The notes under the pieces are model-generated. The model had not been told where the DNA came from. It saw only the letters and a program-made list of their open reading frames with translations, and did no database searches. A stretch of 63,779 nt of DNA, the filler included. It is 9 parts of 9 records of this genome, joined end to end, with 100 filler letters (N's around TTAATTAATTAA, not from the genome) between each part and the next. Parts side by side here need not be neighbours in the genome. Positions count along the whole stretch, not along the records: positions 1 to 9,825 come from SRR31156797_24598; positions 9,926 to 15,271 come from SRR31156797_24603; 7 more parts are not named here. One strand, written 5' to 3'. Shown one piece after another: positions 1-9,964 of this stretch. The position numbers and the translations under genes are program-made. Each line of letters starts with the position of its first letter. Within the stretch, counting starts at the first letter, position 1.

Positions 1-45
1 AAGGTTTTTTATTCGTGCGTCAGTACTGCAAAAGACCAATATTTC

Positions 46-74
46 TTGACCTGGAGCCGTTTACCAATTATCGT
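46..74 (+). promoter_or_regulatory. candidate sigma70 promoter for hflKC (TTGACC-N17-TATCGT)
   Basis: Near-consensus -35/-10 hexamers with a 17-nt spacer, about 135 nt upstream of hflK. Confidence 0.4.
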
Positions 75-210
75 ATGTAAATTGATGCAATTTAGCGGAA
101 ATCAATGACTCCGGCGTTGGAACTTTTAGAATAGAGAAAACTGCAGTTGATATGCCTGTTGTCATGATTCCCGCCGGTTTTCATTCATAATGAACTTAAG
201 GAGATGCCGG

Positions 211-1263
211 ATGGCTTGGGACTGGGACAAATTACAGGAGAAGAAAAGCAGACAACCGGGCGGACAGCCCGGAGGTCCTCCAAAAATGGATGAGGTGTTT
301 GAAAAAATCCGCGGCGCAAGGAAAAAATTTCCGGGCGGATCCTGGTTGATCATCGTGGTGGTTGTGGCACTTTTTCTGGGCTCCAGCTGTTTTTATACGG
401 TGGCGGTGGATGAAGTGGGCGTGGTGCAACGTTTTGGTAAATACGTGAGGACGGCTCAGCCGGGACTCAGTTTTAAAATGCCCCGGGGCATTGAAAAGGT
501 GACCAAGGTCAAGGTCCGCCATGTTTTCAAGGAAGAATTCGGTTTCAGGACCCTCCAGGCGGGCATTAAAACACGCTATGCCGCTTCAAGTTCCTATCAG
601 AATGAATCCCTCATGCTGACCGGTGATCTGAATGTGGCGGTGGTGCCCTGGATCGTTCAGTACCGTATTAAAGATCCTTTTAATTATCTTTTTAAAGTCA
701 ACAATGTAAGGGCCACCTTCAGGGACCTGGCCGAGGCCAGCATGCGCCTGGTGGTGGGTGACAGTTCCATCAACGAGGTGATCTCCAAGCGGGAAGAAAT
801 TGCGGGAAAAGCCAAGGTCCTGTTGCAGAAATTCTTAAACGAAGCGGAAACAGGGATCAAAGTCGTCAATGTTGAGATGAAAAAGACCAATGTGCCTGAA
901 CCGGTGCAATCTTCTTTCAACGAAGTGAACCAGGCCATACAGGAGAAAGAGCGCATGATCTACCAGGCCAAGGAAGCCTACAACAAGGTGATTCCGGCCG
1001 CCAAGGGAAATGCGGAGAAAACCATCAAGGCCGCGGAAGGGTACGCTTTGGATCGCGTGAACCGGGCCAAGGGCGACGCGGCCCGTTTTATGGATCTCTA
1101 CGAAGCCTATGCCAAGGCAGAGGATGTAACCCGAAGACGTCTCTACCTTGAAGCCATGCAGAACATCCTGCCCAAGCTGGAAAAGAAATTCTTTGTGGAC
1201 GCGGAACAGAAAAATTTTCTCCCGTTGCTGAACCTTGGGACATCGGAAGGAGTGAAAAAATGA
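211..1263 (+). CDS. hflK: FtsH protease modulator HflK (SPFH domain)
   Basis: MAWDWDK N-terminus (ATG 211 after AAGGAG), single TM, GVVQRFGKY, MLTGDLN, AEGDAARF-like motif and TRRRLYLE; overlaps hflC (ATGA). Confidence 0.95.
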   Translation: MAWDWDKLQEKKSRQPGGQPGGPPKMDEVFEKIRGARKKFPGGSWLIIVVVVALFLGSSCFYTVAVDEVGVVQRFGKYVRTAQPGLSFKMPRGIEKVTKVKVRHVFKEEFGFRTLQAGIKTRYAASSSYQNESLMLTGDLNVAVVPWIVQYRIKDPFNYLFKVNNVRATFRDLAEASMRLVVGDSSINEVISKREEIAGKAKVLLQKFLNEAETGIKVVNVEMKKTNVPEPVQSSFNEVNQAIQEKERMIYQAKEAYNKVIPAAKGNAEKTIKAAEGYALDRVNRAKGDAARFMDLYEAYAKAEDVTRRRLYLEAMQNILPKLEKKFFVDAEQKNFLPLLNLGTSEGVKK

Positions 1264-2225
1264 AAATGAAAATGCTGATCATTCCCCTGGTTATCATCCT
1301 GATCGCCATTTTTTCCGGCGCATATATTATCGGTGAAACCGAACAGGTGGTGATTACCCAGTTCGGAAAATCCATTGGGTCCGCCAAGACCGCACCCGGT
1401 CTCTATTTCAAAATTCCGGTCATTCAACAGGCCAACTTCTTTCCCAAGAACCTCCTGGAGTGGGACGGGGACCCCGGCCAGGTGCCCACCCTGGACAAGA
1501 CCTTCATCTACGTTGATACCTTTGCCCGTTGGAAGATTGTGGACCCCCTTAAATTCTTTCAAACGGTCAATAACGTGATGGGGGCACAAGCCCGGCTGGA
1601 TGATATCATCGACCCGGCGGTCAGGAATTTCATTACCTCTTATCCCCTCATCGAAACCGTCAGGGATACCAACCGTGAACTGGATACTTTCGAAGTGGGC
1701 CTCGGACACGCCAAGGAAGAAGAGAGAACCTTGGGTGAAATCACCACGGGAAGGGGAAAAATCACCAAGGGCATCATGGCCCAGGCCCAGCCCAAACTGA
1801 AGGATTTCGGTATCGAACTGGTGGACGTACAGATCAAACGGTTGAATTATGTTGAGCAGGTTCGAAAATCCGTCTACCAGAGGATGATCGCGGAACGAAA
1901 ACAGATTGCTGAAAAATTTCGCTCGGAGGGCGAAGGAGAATCGCGGGTTATCGAGGGAAACCGGGACAAAGAACTCAAGAAAATCACATCAGAAGCTTAT
2001 AAAACAGCCCAGGAAGTCATGGGAAAGGCGGATGCAGAATCCACCATGGTCTATGCCCGGGCCTATGACAAGGACCCGGAGTTTTATTCTTTTGTAAAAT
2101 CCTTGGATGTGTACCAGAATGCCATGGACAACAAGAGTTTTCTGCTTCTTTCAACGGATTCGGATTTTTTAAAATATTTTAAGGGCTACAATCCCATGGA
2201 GGGATACAGCCCCGGCAACAATTGA
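1260..2225 (+). CDS. hflC: FtsH protease modulator HflC
   Basis: VITQFGK, PGLYFKIP, VDTFARWKIVDPLKF, RMIAERKQIAEKFRSEG, DPEFYSFVKSL; directly follows hflK. Confidence 0.95.
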   Translation: MKMKMLIIPLVIILIAIFSGAYIIGETEQVVITQFGKSIGSAKTAPGLYFKIPVIQQANFFPKNLLEWDGDPGQVPTLDKTFIYVDTFARWKIVDPLKFFQTVNNVMGAQARLDDIIDPAVRNFITSYPLIETVRDTNRELDTFEVGLGHAKEEERTLGEITTGRGKITKGIMAQAQPKLKDFGIELVDVQIKRLNYVEQVRKSVYQRMIAERKQIAEKFRSEGEGESRVIEGNRDKELKKITSEAYKTAQEVMGKADAESTMVYARAYDKDPEFYSFVKSLDVYQNAMDNKSFLLLSTDSDFLKYFKGYNPMEGYSPGNN

Positions 2226-2257
2226 AATTTCACCCAAAAATAAACGAGGACTTCATA

Positions 2258-2755
2258 ATGGTAAGAACGGAGATTTCCCTTTTTTTACAAAACGCCCCGG
2301 GCGAACTCGCCGCACTGACGGGCTTCTTGGAAGAAGCCGGAATCAACATCGATGCATTGACCATTCAGGATGCATCGGAGTACGTTCAGACCCTTTTCAA
2401 AGCAAGGGGAAAATCCCTCAAACGGGTGGCCCCCGCCGCCAGCTACGGGTCCATGAAAAAGGACTCCGCGGACCATTCCCTGATACGGCTTCTGGCGGAA
2501 AACACCGATAGGGCCGTGGACCTCTTATCCAGGAAAGGGTACCTCTTTGACATCATGCCGGTCATTGTTCTGGAGATAGAAAACAAACCGGGGAGCCTGG
2601 CTGAAATGTCCAGGAAATTCGGAGAGAACGGGATCAACATCAACTATGTCTACGGTTCCGCGCCGGCCAAGAATCAGAAGGCCATATTCGTTTTCAGCCC
2701 GGAAGACATCGACATGGCCGCCAGAATCTTCAGTGACTCAGATCAACAATCTTGA
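2258..2755 (+). CDS. tandem ACT-domain protein (BT0572-like) with an internal insertion
   Basis: EISLFLQNAPGELA..GINIDAL and LEIENKPGSLA..GININYVY ACT repeats; ATG 2258 follows GAGGA. Confidence 0.8.
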   Translation: MVRTEISLFLQNAPGELAALTGFLEEAGINIDALTIQDASEYVQTLFKARGKSLKRVAPAASYGSMKKDSADHSLIRLLAENTDRAVDLLSRKGYLFDIMPVIVLEIENKPGSLAEMSRKFGENGININYVYGSAPAKNQKAIFVFSPEDIDMAARIFSDSDQQS

Positions 2756-3003
2756 GCTGCACCTTTTTGCTTCCCTACCATTGGTTCAGGGGTCAACGGA
2801 GATCCCCGTTGGGAAATGTTTCTTTCAAGGCCGAAGCGATGGCGCCGGACGTATATTCTTCCCCGTTGCCCCTCAAGGTGACAATCACCCACGATCCGCA
2901 ACTCGAAGACCTTCACTGAACGAGCCATATGATGACCCGTTCGGGGTTGCTCCCCGCCACAACAACATCCATCTAACCCTTGGAAGTTCCTGAAGCGGTT
3001 CAC

Positions 3004-5145
3004 ATGAAAAAAAAGCTTCCTGAAATCAGAAAGAACATCATCATGCTGGTTTCCCTCGTTGCCGTTGTCTTTTTGACCGCGGGCGTGTGGTTGGGCGTGT
3101 GGTCTGCCGGATCCATGCGGGAATCAGTGGTCGAGCAGTTCAATCAAGAACAATTGGTCATGGCCCATAGTGTTGCTTCTTTGATTGAACGAGACCTCGC
3201 CTTCCTGAAAAAAGAGGTCCTCTTATTACAAAAGGAAATCTCAACAGGAGATCTTGACGGAGAAGCCCGGCATAAGGCTATCCGGAACTGTTTTTCCCGT
3301 GTCTTGGAAAACGGCGTGTGGAAGATTGAAATCCTTGATCTTCAAAACAGGGTAACCCATAATTACACACCCTACAGGCATTGGTCCACAAAGGGATTTT
3401 CTGAATCCGCGTCTGCGGAGTTACCCCCCATCAAAGACCTGGGCGACGATACGGTATGGGTCTCACAACCGCGGACAAAACAATCCGGCATCAGTTTTTC
3501 ACTGGGAATAGCGTTGCCGGGAAACACCCCGAAGCGGCTCATTTTCAATACCTATGTGTCATGGTTTTTGGCCCCTTTCCTAAAAAACCTCAGATCAGGT
3601 AAAACAGGATATGCATGGCTAATTGACGAAAACGGCATTTTTCTCTTTCATCCTGAAACCGATTTCATGGGGAAGAATGCCTTCAAGGCCCGGGAGGAGA
3701 AAGACCCCAGCATCTCCTACGCCGAGATTAATTCCATTCAAGAAGAAAAAATGCTCAAGGGCCTGGAGGGCACGGGCGCTTATTATGCGGGCTGGCATCG
3801 GGGAATCACCGGAAAAATCAAAAAGCTGCTTGCCTACTGCCCCATTAATGTCTCCCATAACCCGCCGCAGAAGTGGTCCGTAGCTGTTGCGGCACCCATC
3901 AGCGAGATTGAAGGCGTTATCAAAAAAGGCCATGTGAGGCTGGTCTTGCTGCAGGGGCTGGTCATTGTCGCTATTTTAATGGGCGCGGCAGCGGTTCTCT
4001 TCTTTGAAATACGATGGTCCCGCGTCTTGGAACGACGCGTCAACAGAAGAACGGAAGAACTCGAAAGGTCGGAAGAAAAATACCGCTCGTTGGTTGAGAG
4101 CGCCGAGGATTTCATTTTCACAGTCGATTTGGACGGACACTTCAAATCGGTAAACAGCTTCACGGCCAATTTTTTTGGAGGTCATCCGGATGACTTTTTA
4201 GAAAAGGACCTCACAAGTCTGTTTTCCGAAGATGTTGCCCTGAAACAGATGAAACTGGTCAGGCTGGTCTACAAACACGGAAAGAGCGTACGCGCTGAAT
4301 TTGAGCTTAGAACGGGAGAGCATCCAATATGGATCAACGCGAATTTCATGCCCCTGAGAAATGAAGCGGGAGATGTAAGCGCCGTACTCTGTATCGCCCG
4401 GGATATAACGGAGAATAAAACCCTGGAAAGGCAGCTTATCAATACGGAAAAGTTGGCATCTTTGGGCACCCTGGCGGCCGGTGTTGCACACGAGGTCAAT
4501 AACCCCTTGGGCGTTATCCTCGGGTTCTGCGATCTCCTGTTAAGGAAGGCTGAAAAGGCATCCCAGGAATTTGAAGATCTGAAAACCATAGAAAGGCAGG
4601 GACTCCACTGCAAGCAGGTCGTGGAAAATCTGTTGAGTTTTGCCCGCCTTGGGGAAGGGGATTCGGAATTCGCCGACTTGAATCATTGCCTGATGGAGAT
4701 CATCAGTGTGGTAAAGCACACCTTGGAAATGAACGATGTTCAACTTATTACGGAATTTGCGGAAAACATCCCGATGGTCAGAGGAGACCCCCGCCAGCTT
4801 CAGCAGGTTTTCTTAAACCTTATCAACAATGCCGTTTTTGCCTTGAAAGACGGAGGCGTTTTAAGCATACGGACCGGGCTGGAAAAAGACCGGCGAAAGG
4901 CCATTGTTCAATTTCGGGATAACGGCGCCGGGATCAGTGAAGAACATATGGACCATATCTTTGAACCGTTTTTTACCACCAAGCCGGAAGGGGAAGGAAC
5001 CGGTCTGGGCCTGTTTGTAAGCTATGGCATTATCGCCAAGTACGGAGGCGTCGTGGATTGTGTAAGCCATGGGGTGGACACTACGGGTAAGACCGGCGAG
5101 ACAACTTTTACCATAAAGCTGCTAACAAAGAGACGGGAGAAATAA
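3004..5145 (+). CDS. membrane sensor histidine kinase (dCache-like periplasmic domain, PAS, HisKA, HATPase)
   Basis: Two TM segments, [13 protein letters not shown] cache motif, PAS, H-box [13 protein letters not shown]-box [23 protein letters not shown]; start placed at ATG 3004. Confidence 0.92.
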   Translation: MKKKLPEIRKNIIMLVSLVAVVFLTAGVWLGVWSAGSMRESVVEQFNQEQLVMAHSVASLIERDLAFLKKEVLLLQKEISTGDLDGEARHKAIRNCFSRVLENGVWKIEILDLQNRVTHNYTPYRHWSTKGFSESASAELPPIKDLGDDTVWVSQPRTKQSGISFSLGIALPGNTPKRLIFNTYVSWFLAPFLKNLRSGKTGYAWLIDENGIFLFHPETDFMGKNAFKAREEKDPSISYAEINSIQEEKMLKGLEGTGAYYAGWHRGITGKIKKLLAYCPINVSHNPPQKWSVAVAAPISEIEGVIKKGHVRLVLLQGLVIVAILMGAAAVLFFEIRWSRVLERRVNRRTEELERSEEKYRSLVESAEDFIFTVDLDGHFKSVNSFTANFFGGHPDDFLEKDLTSLFSEDVALKQMKLVRLVYKHGKSVRAEFELRTGEHPIWINANFMPLRNEAGDVSAVLCIARDITENKTLERQLINTEKLASLGTLAAGVAHEVNNPLGVILGFCDLLLRKAEKASQEFEDLKTIERQGLHCKQVVENLLSFARLGEGDSEFADLNHCLMEIISVVKHTLEMNDVQLITEFAENIPMVRGDPRQLQQVFLNLINNAVFALKDGGVLSIRTGLEKDRRKAIVQFRDNGAGISEEHMDHIFEPFFTTKPEGEGTGLGLFVSYGIIAKYGGVVDCVSHGVDTTGKTGETTFTIKLLTKRREK

Positions 5146-6569
5146 TGGCCGGAACGATCCTGATAGTGGACGATGAAAAGGACATGCTGACGCTTCTGAA
5201 AAGGATTATTTCAGAAGATACGGATCATAAACTAACCACTGAAACAGATCCTTCCAGAGCCTTGGAACGATTCAGGGACAGCCCTTTTGATCTCCTGATA
5301 ACCGACTTGAAAATGCCCAAAATGGATGGGATCAAGCTCCTTGACGAGGTCAGAAAAATCAGCCCGGAAGTCTCGGTTATCATTCTCACCGCCTATGCCA
5401 CCATTGAAACCGCGGTGGAGGCCATTCAGAAGGGGGCAAACGACTACCTGACCAAGCCCTTTCGACGGGAACGGATACTGCTGACCATAGACAAGGTGAT
5501 GAAGTGGCAGGAGATGGTCAGGGAAAACAAGGTGCTTCGCCAAGCCTTGGCCGAAAAAAACGCCCCTTCATCCCTCATCGGATCGACCCCGGTGATGAAA
5601 GATATCTTTGAACGTATCCAACAGGTTGCCCCCACTTCGGCTACGGTGTTGATCACCGGGCCAAGCGGCACGGGAAAAGAGTTGGTTGCCAAGGCCATAC
5701 ATCGGAACAGCTCCAGGAATTCGAAAAAACTGGTGACCATCAACTGTACGGCAATCCCTGAACAGGTCATAGAGAGTGAGCTTTTCGGTCATGTGAAAGG
5801 CGCTTTCACGGGGGCCTGGAAAGACAAGAAAGGATTGGTTCAAGAGGCCCATGAAGGGACGCTCTTCCTGGATGAAATCGGCGACATGGGGACGCTGATG
5901 CAAACCAAACTCCTCAGGCTCCTTCAGGAGGGAGAATATAAACCCGTGGGAAGCGTGGTCACAAAAAGGGCGGACCTTCGATTCATCGCCGCCACGAATC
6001 ATAACCTTAAAGAGGATATCCAGGAAAAACATTTCAGAGAGGACCTTTACTATCGCTTAAATGTCATCCGTTTTGATCTGCCGCCCCTATGGAAAAGGCG
6101 GCAGGATATCCCCTTGTTAAGCTATCATTTCCTGAAAAAATACGCCCGAACCAATCAAAAGGATATTCGCGGCATCTCATCCTCCGCCATGCAAGGCCTT
6201 CTGGCGTATCACTTCCCCGGCAATGTGAGAGAACTGGAAAATATCATTGAGCGCGGGGTTATCTTTTGCCAGACAAATACCTTGCAAAGAAAAGATCTTC
6301 TCTTAGAAGATGAACGGGCCAACCTCTTCCCTGATCCGAACCAGGGCGTATGGCATCGATCCTTTCGGAAGGCCAAAGAGGAAATGATCAGGACCTTCCA
6401 TGAACAGTACATCCAATCGGTTCTCCGGGAATACAATGGGAACATCAGCAAAGCCGCCGAATCATGCGGCATCCAGCGACAATACCTTCACCGACTAATG
6501 AAAGAAGCGGGGGTAGACGCCGAAAGTTTCAAAGAGAAAAACTGCGGATCATCACTTTCTCGAGAATAG
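5145..6569 (+). CDS. sigma54-dependent response regulator (NtrC/AtoC family)
   Basis: Receiver domain, Walker A GPSGTGKE, intact GAFTGA loop, FLDEIG, PGNVREL, Fis-type HTH; TAATG overlap with the kinase. Confidence 0.95.
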   Translation: MAGTILIVDDEKDMLTLLKRIISEDTDHKLTTETDPSRALERFRDSPFDLLITDLKMPKMDGIKLLDEVRKISPEVSVIILTAYATIETAVEAIQKGANDYLTKPFRRERILLTIDKVMKWQEMVRENKVLRQALAEKNAPSSLIGSTPVMKDIFERIQQVAPTSATVLITGPSGTGKELVAKAIHRNSSRNSKKLVTINCTAIPEQVIESELFGHVKGAFTGAWKDKKGLVQEAHEGTLFLDEIGDMGTLMQTKLLRLLQEGEYKPVGSVVTKRADLRFIAATNHNLKEDIQEKHFREDLYYRLNVIRFDLPPLWKRRQDIPLLSYHFLKKYARTNQKDIRGISSSAMQGLLAYHFPGNVRELENIIERGVIFCQTNTLQRKDLLLEDERANLFPDPNQGVWHRSFRKAKEEMIRTFHEQYIQSVLREYNGNISKAAESCGIQRQYLHRLMKEAGVDAESFKEKNCGSSLSRE

Positions 6570-6571
6570 CC

Positions 6572-6802
6572 TTACAGCGCCGCTTCTCTCCCCTTTGGCT
6601 TAAGGCCCAACATTTGAAGGGCATGTTCAAGGCAAACCATGCCGACGGGCTGCCCGTTGCGGAAGACCGCCATATGCCGGAGGTTGTTTTTTACCATCAA
6701 CTCAATGGCCGTTACGATCTTGTCGTCCATGGCAACAAAAGGGTGAAGCGGCACCCCCTTTTTAAGGGGCAGAAGGATCTCTTTTACATTTTTTCTCTTC
6801 AT
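6572..6802 (-). CDS. small single-CBS-domain protein
   Basis: DDKIVTAIELMVKNNLRHMAVFRNGQPVGMV is a CBS pattern; start placed at ATG 6802. Confidence 0.7.
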   Translation of the reverse strand: MKRKNVKEILLPLKKGVPLHPFVAMDDKIVTAIELMVKNNLRHMAVFRNGQPVGMVCLEHALQMLGLKPKGREAAL

Positions 6803-7012
6803 CGATATGGACCCGTAAGCACTACCGATTACAAAAACCATTTTGCATCAAAGTCAAGTTAAGCTGAATGAAATTTCCCATGCCATTTTTGTAACCGTTG
6901 GAACCGCCGATAAAAGCTCTTCATTTCCAATTTCAGGCGGCATAATCCGCCTCCTCTCCGTTTTGGTTTGGGAGCATGGCGGATGATGCAACCGAAATTA
7001 ATAGTTGATCTT

Positions 7013-7411
7013 TTAACCCCTTTTTCTTTTCTTTGTTTTTTGGCTTTTATCTTTTTGGGCGTTATCAATCATTTCAGATAATTCATCCACTTCACAAGGT
7101 TTCGGAATATAATCGTATGCGCCCAACTTAATCGCTTCCATGGCAGTGTCAACGCACCCATGCCCTGTCAGCATGATTGTCTGGACAGGGAAATCCAATG
7201 CATTCATCTCTCTTAGGATGTCGATGCCGTTCATGCCCGGCATTTTTAAATCAAGCACCACCACATCATATGCTTCTTTTTTAAGGACGCGAACGGCTTC
7301 TTCCCCCTCATTGACAGCCTCGGCCTGATATCCCCTCGTATTCAAAAGTTTTGTCATGTTTTCACAAAATACCACTTCATCATCCACCAACAGCACTTTC
7401 AGACCATCCAT
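7013..7411 (-). CDS. stand-alone response regulator receiver protein
   Basis: KVLLVDDE, DVVVLDLKMPGMNG, LTGHG, DYIPKP; ATG 7411 follows GAGG. Confidence 0.9.
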   Translation of the reverse strand: MDGLKVLLVDDEVVFCENMTKLLNTRGYQAEAVNEGEEAVRVLKKEAYDVVVLDLKMPGMNGIDILREMNALDFPVQTIMLTGHGCVDTAMEAIKLGAYDYIPKPCEVDELSEMIDNAQKDKSQKTKKRKRG

Positions 7412-7489
7412 TTTTTTACCTCGCATACTCATAATGACTTGTTTTTTGTTTAAGTTTCAAAAATTCCATGATTTCCAAATCCGTTGTCT

Positions 7490-9256
7490 TTAAAACGGCC
7501 AAATCAAGGGAATCATAATGCTTGCACAGATCCACATAATCAAATTCATGGGAACGCCGATTTTAAGGTAGTCGCTGAATCGGTAACCGCCGGGTCCGAA
7601 TACCATCATATTGCACTGATAACCGATGGGAGTGGCGAAGCTTGCGGACGCGCCCATCATAATGGAAAAGATATAGGGCGTGACGCTGACGCCCATTTGA
7701 TTTGCCGTGGCCATGGCGATGGGGAACAAGATCAATGCGGCCGCGTTGTTGGTGACCATTTCGGTCAGGATTGAAGTGGTCAGGTACAGCGCCGACAGAA
7801 CCAGCCAGGGATTGCCTTTTGCCAAGCCGACCATGCCGTTTGCAATAAATTGGGCGGCCCCCGTTATCTCCATTGCTTTTCCGATGCCGAAAGCGGCAAT
7901 AATGACCAGCAGAACCTGCGTATCAATGCTTTGCAGCGCTTGCGGAGGGGTGATGCACCGGGTAAGGAGCATGACCGAAGCGGCAATGATGGATGCCTTG
8001 AACATGCCGATCCCTCCAAGTGTCGCCAGCAACACCATGCCGACCAGCACCAGACAAGCGAATATGGCCTTGTTGTGACGGGGCGACGAAGATTCTTCAA
8101 GCTGACTGATTAAATAGAATTCCCGAGAATTTCTTTGTCGCTCATAAAAGGACGGATGTGTTTCCAAAAGCAGCGTGTCACCCGGTTGCAGAACAATGTT
8201 TCCGATGGTTCCCGTGATTTGTTTTCCGGCCCTTGACACCGCGATAATGACCGCATTGTAATTCTGGCGGAAGTGTCCGCCCACAATGCTGCGCCCGATT
8301 AACCGATTGGAAGGCGAAACAACCACTTCCACCAGGCAGCGGTCCGGCCGGGGAGTGCCGATTTCGAACATCCGTTCCAACACCGGGGTCAGACCCTTGG
8401 TTTTCTGCAGTTCCGATACCGTGTCGGCACCCCCCACAAAAATCAGACGGTCTCCTTCTTCTATTTCCGTCTCCCGATCGATTGTGGGCAGGGTCTGCCC
8501 TTCTCGGATGATCTCGATGATGTTGTAATCATTTTCCGACGTAAACCCGGATTGCGCGACTGTTTTCCCCGCAAGACCGCTGGATAAGCGGACCTCCATT
8601 TCGATGGTATATTCTTTCGGATCGCCCATTTGTTCAATGGCCGATGAGCGATCGGGAAGGAGCCAGCGACTCAGAATAAAAATGGCCCCGTACATGATAA
8701 CCACGCTGGGAAGGCCAACTTTTGCGATTTCAAAAAAAGCGATCTTGATTCCGGTTTCCTTTTCGAAAATGCCGCTCACCACCAAGTTCGTACTGGTGCC
8801 GATGAGCGTGCAGGTACCCCCCAGAACCGCCGCATAACTCAGGGGAATCATCAGCTTGGATACGGGAATTTTGATCCGCTTTGCCCAAGCCGAAATGGCC
8901 GGGATAAAGATCGCCACCACGGGTGTGTTGTTTAAAAAAGCGCTCAACAAAGTGGTCGGCACCATTGTGCGCAATTGTGCCGCAGCCGTGGATTTTGGAC
9001 GTCCGGACAGAAAGGGGGTAATCAGTTTGATGGCGCCCGTCTCCTGTATTGCGGCCGCCACGATAAAAAGAATCGCCACGGTCAGCATCCCTTTATTGGC
9101 CATGCCGATCACGGCTTGAGCAGGCGTTAAAATGCCCACCGTCAGGAGAAGAACCAATGTTCCCAAACAAATCCATTCCGGACCAATTTTTGTCTTTGCG
9201 AGCATAACAAACATCAGGACCACACTCCCGATTGTAAACCACATTTGCCATTCCAT
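7490..9256 (-). CDS. SLC13/DASS-family permease with TrkA-C domains (sulfate or dicarboxylate transporter)
   Basis: SAFLNNTPVV, GGTCTLIGTSTNLVV, two TrkA-C repeats, TNNAAA, SFATPIGYQCN; AGGAGG RBS. Confidence 0.92.
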   Translation of the reverse strand: MEWQMWFTIGSVVLMFVMLAKTKIGPEWICLGTLVLLLTVGILTPAQAVIGMANKGMLTVAILFIVAAAIQETGAIKLITPFLSGRPKSTAAAQLRTMVPTTLLSAFLNNTPVVAIFIPAISAWAKRIKIPVSKLMIPLSYAAVLGGTCTLIGTSTNLVVSGIFEKETGIKIAFFEIAKVGLPSVVIMYGAIFILSRWLLPDRSSAIEQMGDPKEYTIEMEVRLSSGLAGKTVAQSGFTSENDYNIIEIIREGQTLPTIDRETEIEEGDRLIFVGGADTVSELQKTKGLTPVLERMFEIGTPRPDRCLVEVVVSPSNRLIGRSIVGGHFRQNYNAVIIAVSRAGKQITGTIGNIVLQPGDTLLLETHPSFYERQRNSREFYLISQLEESSSPRHNKAIFACLVLVGMVLLATLGGIGMFKASIIAASVMLLTRCITPPQALQSIDTQVLLVIIAAFGIGKAMEITGAAQFIANGMVGLAKGNPWLVLSALYLTTSILTEMVTNNAAALILFPIAMATANQMGVSVTPYIFSIMMGASASFATPIGYQCNMMVFGPGGYRFSDYLKIGVPMNLIMWICASIMIPLIWPF

Positions 9257-9360
9257 ACTTTTCCTCCTTAGCCATATTTGGGGTTTCGTTCCTAAAAATT
9301 GATAATCGCCAAATTTAGATTGCCGTATATTTTCCCTCAGCTAATTTCGCCGCATGAGAT

Positions 9361-9376
9361 TGCAAAACATATACCA
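9361..9376 (-). promoter_or_regulatory. sigma54 -24/-12 promoter upstream of the SLC13 permease
   Basis: Minus strand TGGTAT-ATGTT-TTGCA, with GG and GC separated by 10 nt, about 105 nt upstream of the ATG. Confidence 0.65.
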
Positions 9377-9825
9377 CCTCTATCGTGTGGCCATAATCAA
9401 TCATAATTCTATAGAAACCATACGGCCCCTCATGATCGCATCTTGTATTTCTGAAACTTTCAGGGGTCGCGGATTGTCTCCCATTTGTTTACATAATCCC
9501 GCCATGGTGTCTTCAGCCGGTTTACATCTGCCGGAAACATCCCCACCAATCGAATCACGGAACCCAGGGAAAAGTACCCTAAACAAAGCTTTGGACCGGT
9601 ACCCATTGATTATTAAAATCCATATCAAGATTTTCCGGTCGCTTAGAAGGATAATATTATTAATAGCTTATCTGACACATACCACGACATTACCTTTCAG
9701 GGATAGATGGCGCCGACTTGCCAAGGTTGGCAAACAAGCAGCCTGAACGGCCTTTGGCATATATTTTGGAGGAGACACGCTCAAAGAGCACTTTTTCAGA
9801 CCCAGAAGAAAGAGACATCCGATCA

Positions 9826-9925
9826 NNNNNNNNNNNNNNNNNNNNNNNNNNNNNNNNNNNNNNNNNNNNTTAATTAATTAANNNNNNNNNNNNNNNNNNN
9901 NNNNNNNNNNNNNNNNNNNNNNNNN
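9826..9925. other. artificial contig-joining spacer
   Basis: N44-TTAATTAATTAA-N44; stops in all six frames. Confidence 0.99.
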
Positions 9926-9927
9926 TA

Positions 9928-9955
9928 AGGCCCCCGGCAGGGTCGCCGAAGGCAT
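9928..9955 (+). repeat. partial copy of a Desulfovibrionaceae-type intergenic REP-like repeat
   Basis: TCGCCGAAGGCA is the reverse complement of TGCCTTCGGCGA at 12285; lies at the contig edge. Confidence 0.6.
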
Positions 9956-9964
9956 CTTAATTAT

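Noticed and set aside
2756..3003. Riboswitch or ncRNA upstream of the sensor kinase
   Set aside because: Only several short 4-6 bp hairpins expected at this GC content; no recognisable aptamer consensus or terminator.
9354..9746. ORFs 9354-9746 (+) and 9401-9628 (-) as genes
   Set aside because: No RBS or motifs, and the region is better explained as a sigma54 promoter and enhancer region.
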